The notes: a model not told the origin generated them from the sequence alone. Positions 9,368 through 18,544 are shown, numbered from the stretch's first letter. The stretch is DNA of 64,000 nucleotides from an uncultured Candidatus Saccharibacteria bacterium (GCA_964479005.1 CAYZJA010000001.1:64001-128000); one strand, 5' to 3'. A program made the numbers and translations.

Positions 9368-9958
9368 ATGCCAAGAAGAAAAACATTGCTTGATGAAATA
9401 TTTTATATATTAGAGAGAATTAGTGTTGTATATGTAATAGCATTATTTTTTATTTGGTTTTCTGACAAAGAATTATTTTTTAAATTATTAGGATGGGGAC
9501 TCGCAATATTAGGTATTTTAATCGCAATTGTAATATTTACGAAAAGATCGAAGATTCATAAACGAAGTCAATTTGATACTGATAGGGAGTTACAGAAATG
9601 GCTAGGTGATTTGAAGCATTGGGAATTTGAAAATTACATTGGAGATTTATTTAATAAATTAGGATATAAAACTCGGGTTATTGGTGGATCATATGATGAA
9701 GGAATTGACGTTATTGCTGAGAAAAACGGAATAAAACATTATATCCAATGCAAAAAATATAGTAATAGTGTTGGGGTGAAGGATGTGAGAGAATTTTATG
9801 GAGCTTTATCTGATAAATTATCTAATGATAAAGCCTTTTTTATCACCACTAATTTTTTTACTGAAGGAGCTGAAAGATTTGTCGAAGACAAACCAATTGA
9901 ATTAGTTGATGGTAATCAACTCGTTAAATACATTCGCCTTGCCGAAAAATCTAACTAA
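9368..9958 (+). CDS. membrane-anchored Mrr-cat type restriction endonuclease domain protein
   Basis: Two N-terminal TM helices. Mrr-cat core FENYIGDLF...DEGIDVIAE...IQCKKY...FFITT. Confidence 0.7.
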   Translation: MPRRKTLLDEIFYILERISVVYVIALFFIWFSDKELFFKLLGWGLAILGILIAIVIFTKRSKIHKRSQFDTDRELQKWLGDLKHWEFENYIGDLFNKLGYKTRVIGGSYDEGIDVIAEKNGIKHYIQCKKYSNSVGVKDVREFYGALSDKLSNDKAFFITTNFFTEGAERFVEDKPIELVDGNQLVKYIRLAEKSN

Positions 9959-9994
9959 AACGTCAAAAATTAATTGAAAAATGAAAAATAAAAT
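9957..9994 (+). promoter_or_regulatory. copy of the conserved upstream motif (aaaacgtcaaaaattaattgaaaaatgaaaaataaaat)
   Basis: Upstream of the gene at 10016. Confidence 0.5.
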
Positions 9995-10015
9995 TTAGTC
10001 CGAAGTTGGATAATT

Positions 10016-10588
10016 ATGTTTAAAAATCTTTTGCTAAAAAACAAATCATTAAAAATTTTAATACTCATTAATGCCGTTTTTTTACTTGGAGCCAGTATGT
10101 TTCCTCCAATTTTTGCTTTGTTTGTAGAAGAAATAGGGGGAAATGCCTTTACTGCAGGAAGTATTTGGGCAACCTTTGCTATTGGGACAGGATTTTTAAT
10201 GCTGATTATCAGTCGTTATGGTGACAAACTGAAAGAGAGAGAATATTTAGTAGCAGCAGGCTATATTTTTAGATGTTTGGCTTGGTTAGGTTACTTTTTT
10301 GTTAATGCGCTTTGGCAGTTATATTTCTTGCAATTAATATTGGCTTTGGGTGAATCTTTTGGAACTCCCGCGTTTCTGGGTATATATTCTGAGCATTTAG
10401 ACAAAGGAAGACATATAAGACAGTGGGGAGTTTATACTTCTTTTACTATAATTATCGGAGGAGTTGCCGCCTTTCTGGGAGGGGCAATAGTTTCTCAATT
10501 CGGATTTAGGGTTCTTTTTCTTGTAATGACCTCTTTATCTGCTTTAGCTTTTTTTCTTTTGATTATTCAGCCTCGAAAACTGCTCTAA
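10016..10588 (+). CDS. truncated MFS-transporter-like membrane protein (about 6 TM; possible gene fragment)
   Basis: 190 aa of TM helices resembling one half of an MFS transporter. Confidence 0.35.
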   Translation: MFKNLLLKNKSLKILILINAVFLLGASMFPPIFALFVEEIGGNAFTAGSIWATFAIGTGFLMLIISRYGDKLKEREYLVAAGYIFRCLAWLGYFFVNALWQLYFLQLILALGESFGTPAFLGIYSEHLDKGRHIRQWGVYTSFTIIIGGVAAFLGGAIVSQFGFRVLFLVMTSLSALAFFLLIIQPRKLL

Positions 10589-10660
10589 GGAAAAAGTCTG
10601 TCTTTTTTGGGCCATTCTTTCCTGGGCCATCAAATTTAGTTCGAAGTTGAGAAAATTTAA

Positions 10661-10692
10661 CCAAAAGGTCAAAAATTAATTGAAAATAAAAA
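10661..10692 (+). promoter_or_regulatory. copy of the conserved upstream motif (ccaaaaggtcaaaaattaattgaaaataaaaa)
   Basis: Immediately upstream of the ATG at 10693. Confidence 0.5.
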
Positions 10693-11019
10693 ATGATTAA
10701 AAAACATAATAAGTTAATTCGGGATAGAATTTTGGAAATTATTGAGGCAAATAAAGAGAAGTCTTATTTTCGGATTCTAAATAAAAAAGAATATATTAAA
10801 GAGATAAAGAAGAAAATATTAGAAGAAGCTAAAGAATTAATTGAAGCCAAAAGCAAAAAGGAAGTTATTAATGAAATTGTTGATATTCAAGAATTAATTG
10901 ATGTTTTGATATCTGAAAGTGGTTTAACAAAATTACAGATTCAAAAACAGCAAGAAGTAAAAAATAAAAAGCGAGGCGGATTTAAAAAGCGACTATTTTT
11001 AATAAAGACAAAAAATTAA
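10693..11019 (+). CDS. MazG/HisE-like all-alpha nucleotide pyrophosphohydrolase
   Basis: KLIRDRILEII...KILEEAKELIEA...DIQELIDVLI...KRGGFKKRLFL matches the PRA-PH/MazG-like small-protein pattern. Confidence 0.5.
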   Translation: MIKKHNKLIRDRILEIIEANKEKSYFRILNKKEYIKEIKKKILEEAKELIEAKSKKEVINEIVDIQELIDVLISESGLTKLQIQKQQEVKNKKRGGFKKRLFLIKTKN

Positions 11020-11089
11020 TCCTTCGACACGGTTCAGGACAAGTTGAGAAAAATAACTCAAAATTGAGAGGATTAAGAATTTTAGAAAT

Positions 11090-11875
11090 TTGATGAAAAT
11101 TAAGTTTATTAAAATCAAAGCAAAGCAAATTTTTACTAAAACTGGCATTCCAGGGGCAAAATGGGTCTTAAATCAGTATGTAGGATGTGAACATGCTTGT
11201 CCATATTGTTATGCTAAGTTTATGGGCAGATGGCGGCCGAAAAACTATGGAAAATGGGGAAACTGGGTTGAAGTAAAAGAAAATGCTTCTGAATTAGTAA
11301 AAGGCAAGTATGTAGATTCTTGGGTATATATGAGTTCTGTTTCTGATCCATACCAACCCATTGAAAAAAAATTAAAAATAACTCGTAAAGTTTTAGAAAA
11401 TTTAGATAAAAGAATTAAATTAGCTATTCTTACTAAGTCAGATTTAGTGTTACGAGATATAGATTTATTTAAGAAGTTTAAGAATATTGAGGTTGGGTTA
11501 ACTATAAATAGTTTTGATAGTTCTCTGAAGAAGGTTTTTGAGCCGTTTTCATCAAAAAACGAGGATAGAATAAAGGCTTTGAAAGTCCTTAAAGAGAATG
11601 GAATAAGAACTTATACTTTTATTAGCCCGATAATTCCTGGACTAATAAATTTAAAAGATGTAATTAGAAAAACTAAAAATTTGACTGATTATTATTGGTT
11701 CGAAATGATTAATATGAAACTAGCTGGTAGAGAATTTATCAAGATTTTGAGAAAAGAATCTCCCGAAAGTTTAGAAGTCGTTACTAATAAAAGGAAGTTT
11801 GAAAAGTTTGTAAAAGAATGTAAAAATATTATTAATTCAGAAGATATAAAGGTTAGAGGGATAGAGATTCACTAA
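11090..11875 (+). CDS. radical SAM protein, spore-photoproduct-lyase-like (COG1533 DNA repair photolyase family)
   Basis: GCEHACPYCYA is the CxxxCxxC motif in the SPL-like context. Confidence 0.5.
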   Translation: MMKIKFIKIKAKQIFTKTGIPGAKWVLNQYVGCEHACPYCYAKFMGRWRPKNYGKWGNWVEVKENASELVKGKYVDSWVYMSSVSDPYQPIEKKLKITRKVLENLDKRIKLAILTKSDLVLRDIDLFKKFKNIEVGLTINSFDSSLKKVFEPFSSKNEDRIKALKVLKENGIRTYTFISPIIPGLINLKDVIRKTKNLTDYYWFEMINMKLAGREFIKILRKESPESLEVVTNKRKFEKFVKECKNIINSEDIKVRGIEIH

Positions 11876-11905
11876 AGGGTCAAAAATTAATTGAAAAATA
11901 AAAAT
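11874..11905 (+). promoter_or_regulatory. copy of the conserved upstream motif (aaagggtcaaaaattaattgaaaaataaaaat)
   Basis: Ends at the ATG at 11906. Confidence 0.5.
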
Positions 11906-12358
11906 ATGGCAATAAAATGGAACAAGATCGATTTTGATTTAGTTAAACGTCTTAGAGGATTGGCTGAATTATCTTGTAATAATGGAGATTATATAGGGGC
12001 CTTTGTTCTTCAGATGCTATTTTTGGAGGGTACGTTAGTGTTCATAGTTAAGAATTTATTAAATCAAAAAAGGGTAGACAAGGAATTATCTAATAAATTT
12101 TCTCAAGGATACCCAACATTCGCTTCTCTTATGGATTATTTTTTTCTGTTGACAACGAATCACGATATATTTAATAAGTTAAGAGATGTAAATAAACGTA
12201 GAAATAAAATAATTCATAATATTTTTGAATTTGAAACTTTTGATGCTCTCCAGCAAGAATCGCGAGAACTGTATTTAGAATCGCGGAAACTAGAAGTTGA
12301 TTTAATAGGTCAATACCTTAGTAAGTTTTTGAAAAATAAAAAATTAATTGAAAAATAA
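11906..12358 (+). CDS. small helical HEPN-like protein
   Basis: KRRNKIIHN matches the RNxxxH HEPN motif. Start moved to the ATG at 11906; the ORF track used an upstream TTG. A paralogue lies at 63781. Confidence 0.4.
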   Translation: MAIKWNKIDFDLVKRLRGLAELSCNNGDYIGAFVLQMLFLEGTLVFIVKNLLNQKRVDKELSNKFSQGYPTFASLMDYFFLLTTNHDIFNKLRDVNKRRNKIIHNIFEFETFDALQQESRELYLESRKLEVDLIGQYLSKFLKNKKLIEK

Positions 12359-12362
12359 GATT
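12331..12362 (+). promoter_or_regulatory. copy of the conserved upstream motif embedded in the 3' end of the preceding CDS (gaaaaataaaaaattaattgaaaaataagatt)
   Basis: Ends at the ATG at 12363. Confidence 0.4.
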
Positions 12363-12935
12363 ATGGAGAGTAAAGCTTATATTAATTTTCGCGCTCAAGT
12401 ACATAAACAAAGCATAGATGTTTTAATGCGTATTTTCGGTGATTTAATATCTAAAAATATAAAAGATGTGACTTTAATTGTTTCTTCATCTGGTGGACAA
12501 GTTCAACCAGCTCTTGATTTTTATGATTTTGCAAAAGGATTACCAATAACTATCGCCACGTATACTATTGGACAGGTTGCTTCTGCGGCTATCGTAATCT
12601 ATTGTGTAGCTGAAAAGCGATATACGCATAGCCGAAGTAAATTCCTAATTCATGGTATTCGTGGGGATGTAAAAGGTTTCTCTATTAAGGATATGAAAGA
12701 AAAGATAATGCCAAATTTAACAGATCAAAGTAATAAGATTGCGGAAATTATTGCCGAAGCAACAAAAAAGAATAAATCAGATGTTGAAAAAGATATGACC
12801 GAAGAGAAAGAATTAAGTGCAGAAAAAGCGATCAAGTATGGTTTAGTTACCGCTAGTGTCGATGATCAACCCATTAAAATGATAGGAGATCCAGTAATAA
12901 CTATTGGTGATGATCTTTTCAAAGATAAACGATAG
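12363..12935 (+). CDS. ClpP-like serine peptidase (S14 family fold)
   Basis: SSSGGQV...TIGQVASAA...KFLIHGIRG retains the ClpP Ser and His positions. 4-nt gap to the upstream HEPN-like gene. Confidence 0.6.
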   Translation: MESKAYINFRAQVHKQSIDVLMRIFGDLISKNIKDVTLIVSSSGGQVQPALDFYDFAKGLPITIATYTIGQVASAAIVIYCVAEKRYTHSRSKFLIHGIRGDVKGFSIKDMKEKIMPNLTDQSNKIAEIIAEATKKNKSDVEKDMTEEKELSAEKAIKYGLVTASVDDQPIKMIGDPVITIGDDLFKDKR

Positions 12936-12967
12936 AAAAGCTAAAACAAGAGTCAATTTTATTTTTA

Positions 12968-12998
12968 ACAAAAGGTCAAAAATTAATTAATAAAAAAA
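12968..12998 (+). promoter_or_regulatory. copy of the conserved upstream motif (acaaaaggtcaaaaattaattaataaaaaaat)
   Basis: 1 nt upstream of the ATG at 13000. Confidence 0.5.
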
Positions 12999-12999
12999 T

Positions 13000-14259
13000 A
13001 TGTATAAAAAAATTATATTAATTGGAATAATATTTGTTTTGTTTGCAGGTATAGCTGTTGCTGCAGTATTGTTCCTTTTTCCTTATGAGCCAAATGAGCC
13101 ACCTCAAGCAGATAATACTGGTTCAACAGAACAAGGGATACAAGATGTAGTTAATGCAAATAATCAATTTGCTTTTGATCTTTATTCTGAATTAGATAAA
13201 TCTGAAGATGGAAATATGTTTTATTCTCCATACAGTATCTCTGCAGCTTTGGCAATGACTTATGAAGGCGCAGAAGGGCAGACAGCAGATGAAATAAAAT
13301 CAGTTTTTCATTTCCCAGAAGATAATATTTTAAGACCTAATTTTGCTGCTATTTATAATGATATTAATAAAGAAAATGGAGATTATGAGTTGAAAACCGG
13401 AAATGCTTTATGGGTTCAAAAAGATTATTCTTTTTTACAAGAATATATAAGCAGAGTTGAAAACTATTATGGCGGAAAAGCGGCAATTTTAGATTTTAAG
13501 AAAGAAACCGAAAAATCAAGGCAAACTATTAATAGTTTTATAGAAGAACAGACTAATGACAAAATTAAGGATTTAATTCCTAAAGGTTATCTTGATGAGA
13601 TGACAAGACTTGTTTTAACCAACGCAATCTATTTTAAAGGCATTTGGGAATGGGAATTTGATAAAGATGATACTCGTGACGGAATTTTTAGGATAACTCC
13701 TGATAATACTGTAGAGACTTCTATGATGCACATGAATCCTGAAGAGGCAAAATTTAATTATGCCGAAACAGAAGATTTGCAGATATTGGAATTACCATAC
13801 AAAGGTGACAAAATTTCAATGCTGATACTTTTGCCAACTGAAAATCTTGATGTAATAGAATCTTCTCTGACAACAGAAAAATTAAATGGATACAAATCTC
13901 AGATGAAAGAAACAAAACTAGATTCAATATCGCTTCCTAAATTTGAATTTGACACAAAATATTTTATGAAAGATACTTTGATTTCTTTAGGGATGCCAAC
14001 AGCTTTTTCAGAAAATGCTGATTTTTCTGGAATGACTGGCAAAAAGGATTTATTCATTAGTCATGTTATTCATCAAGCGTATGTTGGTGTTGACGAAGAG
14101 GGAACAGAAGCAGCTGCTGCAACTGCTGTGGTTATGACGATGTCAGCAGTTCTGCAAAGAAAAGTATTCAATGCGGATCATCCATTTATATTTCTAATAC
14201 AAGAGAAAGACACTGGAAATATTTTATTCTTCGGCAGAGTAGTTGATCCAACAAAATAA
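13000..14259 (+). CDS. serpin (serine protease inhibitor) with an N-terminal signal or TM anchor
   Basis: NQFAFDLY...MFYSPYSIS...NAIYFKGIWE. Reactive-centre loop EEGTEAAAATAV. C-terminal FNADHPFIFLI...ILFFGRV serpin signature. Confidence 0.85.
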   Translation: MYKKIILIGIIFVLFAGIAVAAVLFLFPYEPNEPPQADNTGSTEQGIQDVVNANNQFAFDLYSELDKSEDGNMFYSPYSISAALAMTYEGAEGQTADEIKSVFHFPEDNILRPNFAAIYNDINKENGDYELKTGNALWVQKDYSFLQEYISRVENYYGGKAAILDFKKETEKSRQTINSFIEEQTNDKIKDLIPKGYLDEMTRLVLTNAIYFKGIWEWEFDKDDTRDGIFRITPDNTVETSMMHMNPEEAKFNYAETEDLQILELPYKGDKISMLILLPTENLDVIESSLTTEKLNGYKSQMKETKLDSISLPKFEFDTKYFMKDTLISLGMPTAFSENADFSGMTGKKDLFISHVIHQAYVGVDEEGTEAAAATAVVMTMSAVLQRKVFNADHPFIFLIQEKDTGNILFFGRVVDPTK

Positions 14260-14340
14260 AGGAGAACTGTTCTCCTTTATTTTGTTAAGCAGAAATTAAT
14301 CCTTCGGCAAACTCAGGACAAATTAAAAAATAGAAAATAA

Positions 14341-14856
14341 ATGGTTAAATTAAATTTTGTTTATAAAAAAGAAGAATTATTGAAGATCTATAAAGCAGGA
14401 TGTGATGTCTGGAAAGTTCCTTTTGATTTAAAAGATTTTTTGCAAAACTATCCTGAAGGAGACGATACAAATATTCCTTTCTTTAGGGGGATGAATCGTG
14501 CTCATTTTGTTGAGCTTTGGAAAGAAAAAGAAGAGAATGTGATTACTGAGATTGGAAAGGTTTATAAGCCCTTCTCTGAAGGGGAAATTATTATTGGTTT
14601 ATTTCCGAGTAGAGATATTTTTTGGAAATTTGAGACACAGAAAAGTTATGCTATTCTGGGTCCTGATAAGAAGGCTTTAGTAGCTTTAGTTCCTGGTCCT
14701 GATCGTTTTAGATATTTAATTCATGAACTTTTTCATGCTAATAATGATTTGAGAATGGAAACAGGTTTAACCCCTATTAAAAAGCATCAATGGTTTGATG
14801 ATCAATCCCTGGAGATCGCAAAGAAATATTTTAAAATTTCTTTTAATAAATTATAA
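14341..14856 (+). CDS. hypothetical protein with an HExxH motif (possible small zinc metallopeptidase)
   Basis: LIHELFHAN. Confidence 0.3.
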   Translation: MVKLNFVYKKEELLKIYKAGCDVWKVPFDLKDFLQNYPEGDDTNIPFFRGMNRAHFVELWKEKEENVITEIGKVYKPFSEGEIIIGLFPSRDIFWKFETQKSYAILGPDKKALVALVPGPDRFRYLIHELFHANNDLRMETGLTPIKKHQWFDDQSLEIAKKYFKISFNKL

Positions 14857-14877
14857 AATCCTATCAAAGTCGAATTT

Positions 14878-14913
14878 CGTAAAAGGTCAAAAAAATAATT
14901 AAAAATAAGATTT
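14878..14913 (+). promoter_or_regulatory. copy of the conserved upstream motif (cgtaaaaggtcaaaaaaataattaaaaataagattt)
   Basis: Ends at the ATG at 14914. Confidence 0.5.
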
Positions 14914-15516
14914 ATGAAAAAAGTTATTATAATTCACGGTTGGGGCGGTTCTTCAGACGAACCTTTACTTAGGTGGTTGAAATCAGAATTAGAGAAAAAC
15001 GATTTTGAGGTTATTGTGCCGGAAATGCCCAATCCAGAAAAGCCAAATATTGAAACTTGGGTTTTAAAACTCAAGGAATTAATCGAAATACCAAATAAAG
15101 ATACAATATTGGTAGGACATTCTATTGGTTGTCAAACAATATTGAGATATTTAGAGAAATTACATCCTACATCAAGAATCGGTGGCGTTGTATTTATTGC
15201 GCCGTGGCTTACTTTGTCAAATTTAAAAAATGATGAGGAATGGCGAGTCGCTGGCCCTTGGCTCAATACGCCAATTAGAGAAATAAATATTATAAAACAC
15301 ATTCCGAAAATAACGGCTATTTTTTCAGATAACGATCCTTATGTGCCGAGCGAAAATATAGAGATGTTTAAGAGAAAGTTTAATGACTACATTAAAGTCA
15401 TTGTTGAACACAAAAAAGGGCATTTTACTGCTGATGATGGTGTAGAAAAATTAGAATCTGCCCTGGATGCTATATTTGAGGTAAATAATTATATATGGGA
15501 AAAATTAAAATTGTAG
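14914..15516 (+). CDS. RBBP9/YdeN-like alpha/beta serine hydrolase
   Basis: IIHGWGGSS...VGHSIGC nucleophile elbow. About 200 aa, typical of PF06821. Confidence 0.6.
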   Translation: MKKVIIIHGWGGSSDEPLLRWLKSELEKNDFEVIVPEMPNPEKPNIETWVLKLKELIEIPNKDTILVGHSIGCQTILRYLEKLHPTSRIGGVVFIAPWLTLSNLKNDEEWRVAGPWLNTPIREINIIKHIPKITAIFSDNDPYVPSENIEMFKRKFNDYIKVIVEHKKGHFTADDGVEKLESALDAIFEVNNYIWEKLKL

Positions 15517-15546
15517 AAAATTATAAAATTAGAATAAAAATTTAAA

Positions 15547-15580
15547 CTTCAAAAGATCAAAAATTAATTAAGAAAAATTT
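15547..15580 (+). promoter_or_regulatory. copy of the conserved upstream motif (cttcaaaagatcaaaaattaattaagaaaaattt)
   Basis: Ends at the ATG at 15581. Confidence 0.45.
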
Positions 15581-16441
15581 ATGCTCTCGTATGCTAATGG
15601 AAAATTTATTTCAACAGACGAACTATCTCTACCTGTGCAAAAAGATTTGATAGGCACTTTTCGTGGTTTTCGCATTTTTACTGCTTGTCGCACTTTACCA
15701 AATGGAAAGATTTTTCGTTTTGAAGATCATATTAACCGTTTGTTTAGTTCTGCTAAAGTCATTCATATGGAATTGCCGCATAACAAAAATGAATTAAAAG
15801 AAATTGTTCGAGAGGTAATAACTAAAAATAACAAAGACAACGGGGAATTGTTGCTTGAGATAATGTATAGTGGCGGTAAAGCAGCTTCAAACGGGATAGC
15901 GCCAGTAGGGGAGACTATTTTGTATATTTTGGTTTTGTCTTTAAATCTGCCGCCTGAAGAGTGGTATCAGCAAGGTATAAAGTTGGCAAGTTTTCCTTAT
16001 CAGCGTCAGTGGCCAGAAATTAAGTTCTTAAACTATGTTGGTGCTGTGATTGCCCATCAAACGGTAGTTAAAGAATACGGAGCAGATGAAGTTCTTTTTC
16101 TTTCGCCAGACGAAAAAAACATTGTGTTGGAAGGCACTACTTTTAATTTTTTTGTTGTTAAAAATGGTGTTGTGTTTACTCATGCTTTAGATGGTAAGAT
16201 TTTGCCTGGTATAACGCGCAAGGTGGTTTTAGAATTAGCGTACAAAGAAGGTGTTGAGGTTAAAGAGATAAATTTTTCTCTTAATGAATTAGCTGAAATG
16301 GATGAGGCATTTATTACATCTTCAACACGCAATATAGTGCCTGTGATTAGGGTTGATAACATAATAATAGGCAATGGTAAACCAGGTGAACTAACCCTTA
16401 AACTGGCAAGGATTTTTAAAAAATATCAAATCAACTATTAA
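15581..16441 (+). CDS. PLP fold-type IV aminotransferase (branched-chain/D-amino-acid aminotransferase family)
   Basis: FRFEDHINRL, EVLF, and the LPGITR pattern of class IV aminotransferases. Confidence 0.65.
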   Translation: MLSYANGKFISTDELSLPVQKDLIGTFRGFRIFTACRTLPNGKIFRFEDHINRLFSSAKVIHMELPHNKNELKEIVREVITKNNKDNGELLLEIMYSGGKAASNGIAPVGETILYILVLSLNLPPEEWYQQGIKLASFPYQRQWPEIKFLNYVGAVIAHQTVVKEYGADEVLFLSPDEKNIVLEGTTFNFFVVKNGVVFTHALDGKILPGITRKVVLELAYKEGVEVKEINFSLNELAEMDEAFITSSTRNIVPVIRVDNIIIGNGKPGELTLKLARIFKKYQINY

Positions 16442-16457
16442 CTAATTGAAGTTTAAT

Positions 16458-16492
16458 TTCGTAAAAGGTCAAAAATTAATTGGGAATAAAAA
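16458..16492 (+). promoter_or_regulatory. copy of the conserved upstream motif (ttcgtaaaaggtcaaaaattaattgggaataaaaa)
   Basis: Ends at the ATG at 16493. Confidence 0.5.
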
Positions 16493-17485
16493 ATGAGTTT
16501 GTTTATAAGAAAAAATTTAGTAAAGACATTAATCTTTTTGTTTTTTCTGATTTTGGCAGGAGGCATTTTTCTTATAGAAGAAGAATTGTATACAGGGACA
16601 ACCCTTGAAGAAGATTTTGTTTTAGAAAAAGGGTTGAATGAGGCTCCAACAGAGAGCCCAGAATTAAAAGAGCCTTCTTTTATAGTTTTATTTTCAGCTA
16701 CTGAGCTTCAGCAAGGAAATACATTAATTATTATGGCAGAGAATATTCCTGAGGGGGAAAAAATTACGGGAAAATTTAACGGTAAATCATTTGATTTTTT
16801 TCCAGTTAAACCAGAAGGAAAATGGAGAGCTCTTTTGGGAATTGATGCAAAAAAAGCTCCTGGAGAATATTCTTTATCAGTTTTTCTTTCTGATGAATCA
16901 GAAATCAAAGAAACAATAACAGTAAAAAAGAGCAACTTTCCTGTAACCAAAATTGTAATAACGCCAGAACTGGAAGAAAAGGGTTTTACTGCATCAAATA
17001 TAGCAGGAAATATTGCTACTAAAGACGGGGTTATTATTTATGGGGTTTTAGAAAAATATAGTTCTATGGCATATTTTAACCAGAGTTTTATTTATCCGTT
17101 TGAGGAAATAATAAACGTGGGCGCTTTTGGAAACATTAGAAAAGACGGAAAGATTACAATTCAGCATTTGGGAGTGGATTTAGATGCTGTTGAGGGGACA
17201 TCAGTTTATGCGATTAATAATGGTAGAGTAGTTTTTGTTGAAGAATTAACAGTTTTTGGTAATACAATTATTATAGATCATGGCTTAGGAATTTATTCTT
17301 TATATTTACATCTTTCTGAATTTAAAGTTTTGGAAGGAGAAATACTGGAAAGGGGAGAATTAATTGGACTTTCTGGAAACACTGGTTGGTCAGTAGGGCC
17401 TCATTTACATCTTTCCATAAAAGTAAATGGAGCAAGCGTTGATCCTTTGGAGTTTATTAGAACGGTTGATGAATTTTTGAAATAG
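16493..17485 (+). CDS. M23 family metallopeptidase (LytM-like), membrane anchored
   Basis: HLGVDL...IDHGLGIYSLYLHLS...GNTGWSVGPHLHLS. Confidence 0.8.
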   Translation: MSLFIRKNLVKTLIFLFFLILAGGIFLIEEELYTGTTLEEDFVLEKGLNEAPTESPELKEPSFIVLFSATELQQGNTLIIMAENIPEGEKITGKFNGKSFDFFPVKPEGKWRALLGIDAKKAPGEYSLSVFLSDESEIKETITVKKSNFPVTKIVITPELEEKGFTASNIAGNIATKDGVIIYGVLEKYSSMAYFNQSFIYPFEEIINVGAFGNIRKDGKITIQHLGVDLDAVEGTSVYAINNGRVVFVEELTVFGNTIIIDHGLGIYSLYLHLSEFKVLEGEILERGELIGLSGNTGWSVGPHLHLSIKVNGASVDPLEFIRTVDEFLK

Positions 17486-17490
17486 CGAAA

Positions 17491-17520
17491 CAAAAGGTCG
17501 AAAATTAATCGAAAATGAAA
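17491..17520 (+). promoter_or_regulatory. copy of the conserved upstream motif (caaaaggtcgaaaattaatcgaaaatgaaa)
   Basis: About 55 nt upstream of the ATG at 17575. A 15-codon mini-ORF lies in between. Confidence 0.4.
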
Positions 17521-17574
17521 TCTGTTTGGAGGTTGGGCCTCGCATTATTCTTTTTAAAATGATAATCTTAATAT

Positions 17575-18186
17575 ATGAGATTAGTTTTAAAAAATAAATA
17601 CTTCTTACTAAGGCACGGAAAAACTATTCATCAAGCAGAGAAGGAGGATATTGTTTATTACCATCCTGATGATAATCCTGCTTGTGCTTTATTAGAGAAA
17701 GGAATAAAGGAAGCTCAGCTAGCTGGGGAAGCACTAAAAGAAAAAAACATCGATTTAATATTTTCATCAGATATTTTAAGAACAAAACAGACAGTTAAAA
17801 TTGTTGCTGAATTAATTAACTATGATCTAGAGAAAGTAGTTTATGATGTAAGGTTAAGAGATGTTAATTGGGGAATATTTGGAGGAAAGAGTGAAGAAGA
17901 AGCTTGGTCATACTATAACAATGATATGATGAACAAGTTTGAATCAAGTGTTCCTCAAGGAGAGAGCTGGAATCAGTGCAGAGAAAGGATGGTTGAAGTT
18001 TTAAAGGAAATTGAAAATAATTTTGCAAATAAGAATATTTTAATAGTTTCTCATGGAGATCCTTTATGGCTTTTAGAAGGATATATTAAAGGAAAAAGTA
18101 ATGAAGAATTGGTTTTTGGAAAGAATAGAAAAAAAGATATTAAAACCGGGGAAATAAGAGAAATTAATAATCAAACCAAAAAGTAA
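17575..18186 (+). CDS. histidine phosphatase family protein (phosphoglycerate-mutase-like)
   Basis: LLRHGKT RHG motif and downstream IVSHGD. Confidence 0.6.
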   Translation: MRLVLKNKYFLLRHGKTIHQAEKEDIVYYHPDDNPACALLEKGIKEAQLAGEALKEKNIDLIFSSDILRTKQTVKIVAELINYDLEKVVYDVRLRDVNWGIFGGKSEEEAWSYYNNDMMNKFESSVPQGESWNQCRERMVEVLKEIENNFANKNILIVSHGDPLWLLEGYIKGKSNEELVFGKNRKKDIKTGEIREINNQTKK

Positions 18187-18208
18187 GAATTAATTGGGAA
18201 ATAAAAAT
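18187..18208 (+). promoter_or_regulatory. partial copy of the conserved upstream motif (gaattaattgggaaataaaaat)
   Basis: Ends at the ATG at 18209. Confidence 0.4.
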
Positions 18209-18544
18209 ATGTCGAAAATGACTATAAAAGAAGCTCAAGAAATTGTTGATAAATGGATTAACACAACCGGGGTGCGATATTTTTCTGAACTTACAAATTT
18301 AGCTCAATTGGTTGAGGAAGTAGGTGAGGTTGCTCGAGTTATGTCCAGAACTTATGGTGATCAGAGTTTTAAGAAATCAGAAGAGGGTAAAAAATTAGCC
18401 GATGAATTGGCGGATGTACTTTTTGTACTTATATGTCTTGCCAACCAAACGGGTGTTGATTTGACAGAAGCACTTCAGGGGAATATTGAGAAAAAGACAA
18501 AAAGAGACAAAGATCGGCATCGAAATAATCCAAAATTAAAATAA
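18209..18544 (+). CDS. MazG-like nucleotide pyrophosphohydrolase (YpjD type)
   Basis: LVEEVGEVARV...ELADVLFVLICLAN. Start moved to the ATG at 18209; the ORF track used a TTG. Confidence 0.65.
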   Translation: MSKMTIKEAQEIVDKWINTTGVRYFSELTNLAQLVEEVGEVARVMSRTYGDQSFKKSEEGKKLADELADVLFVLICLANQTGVDLTEALQGNIEKKTKRDKDRHRNNPKLK

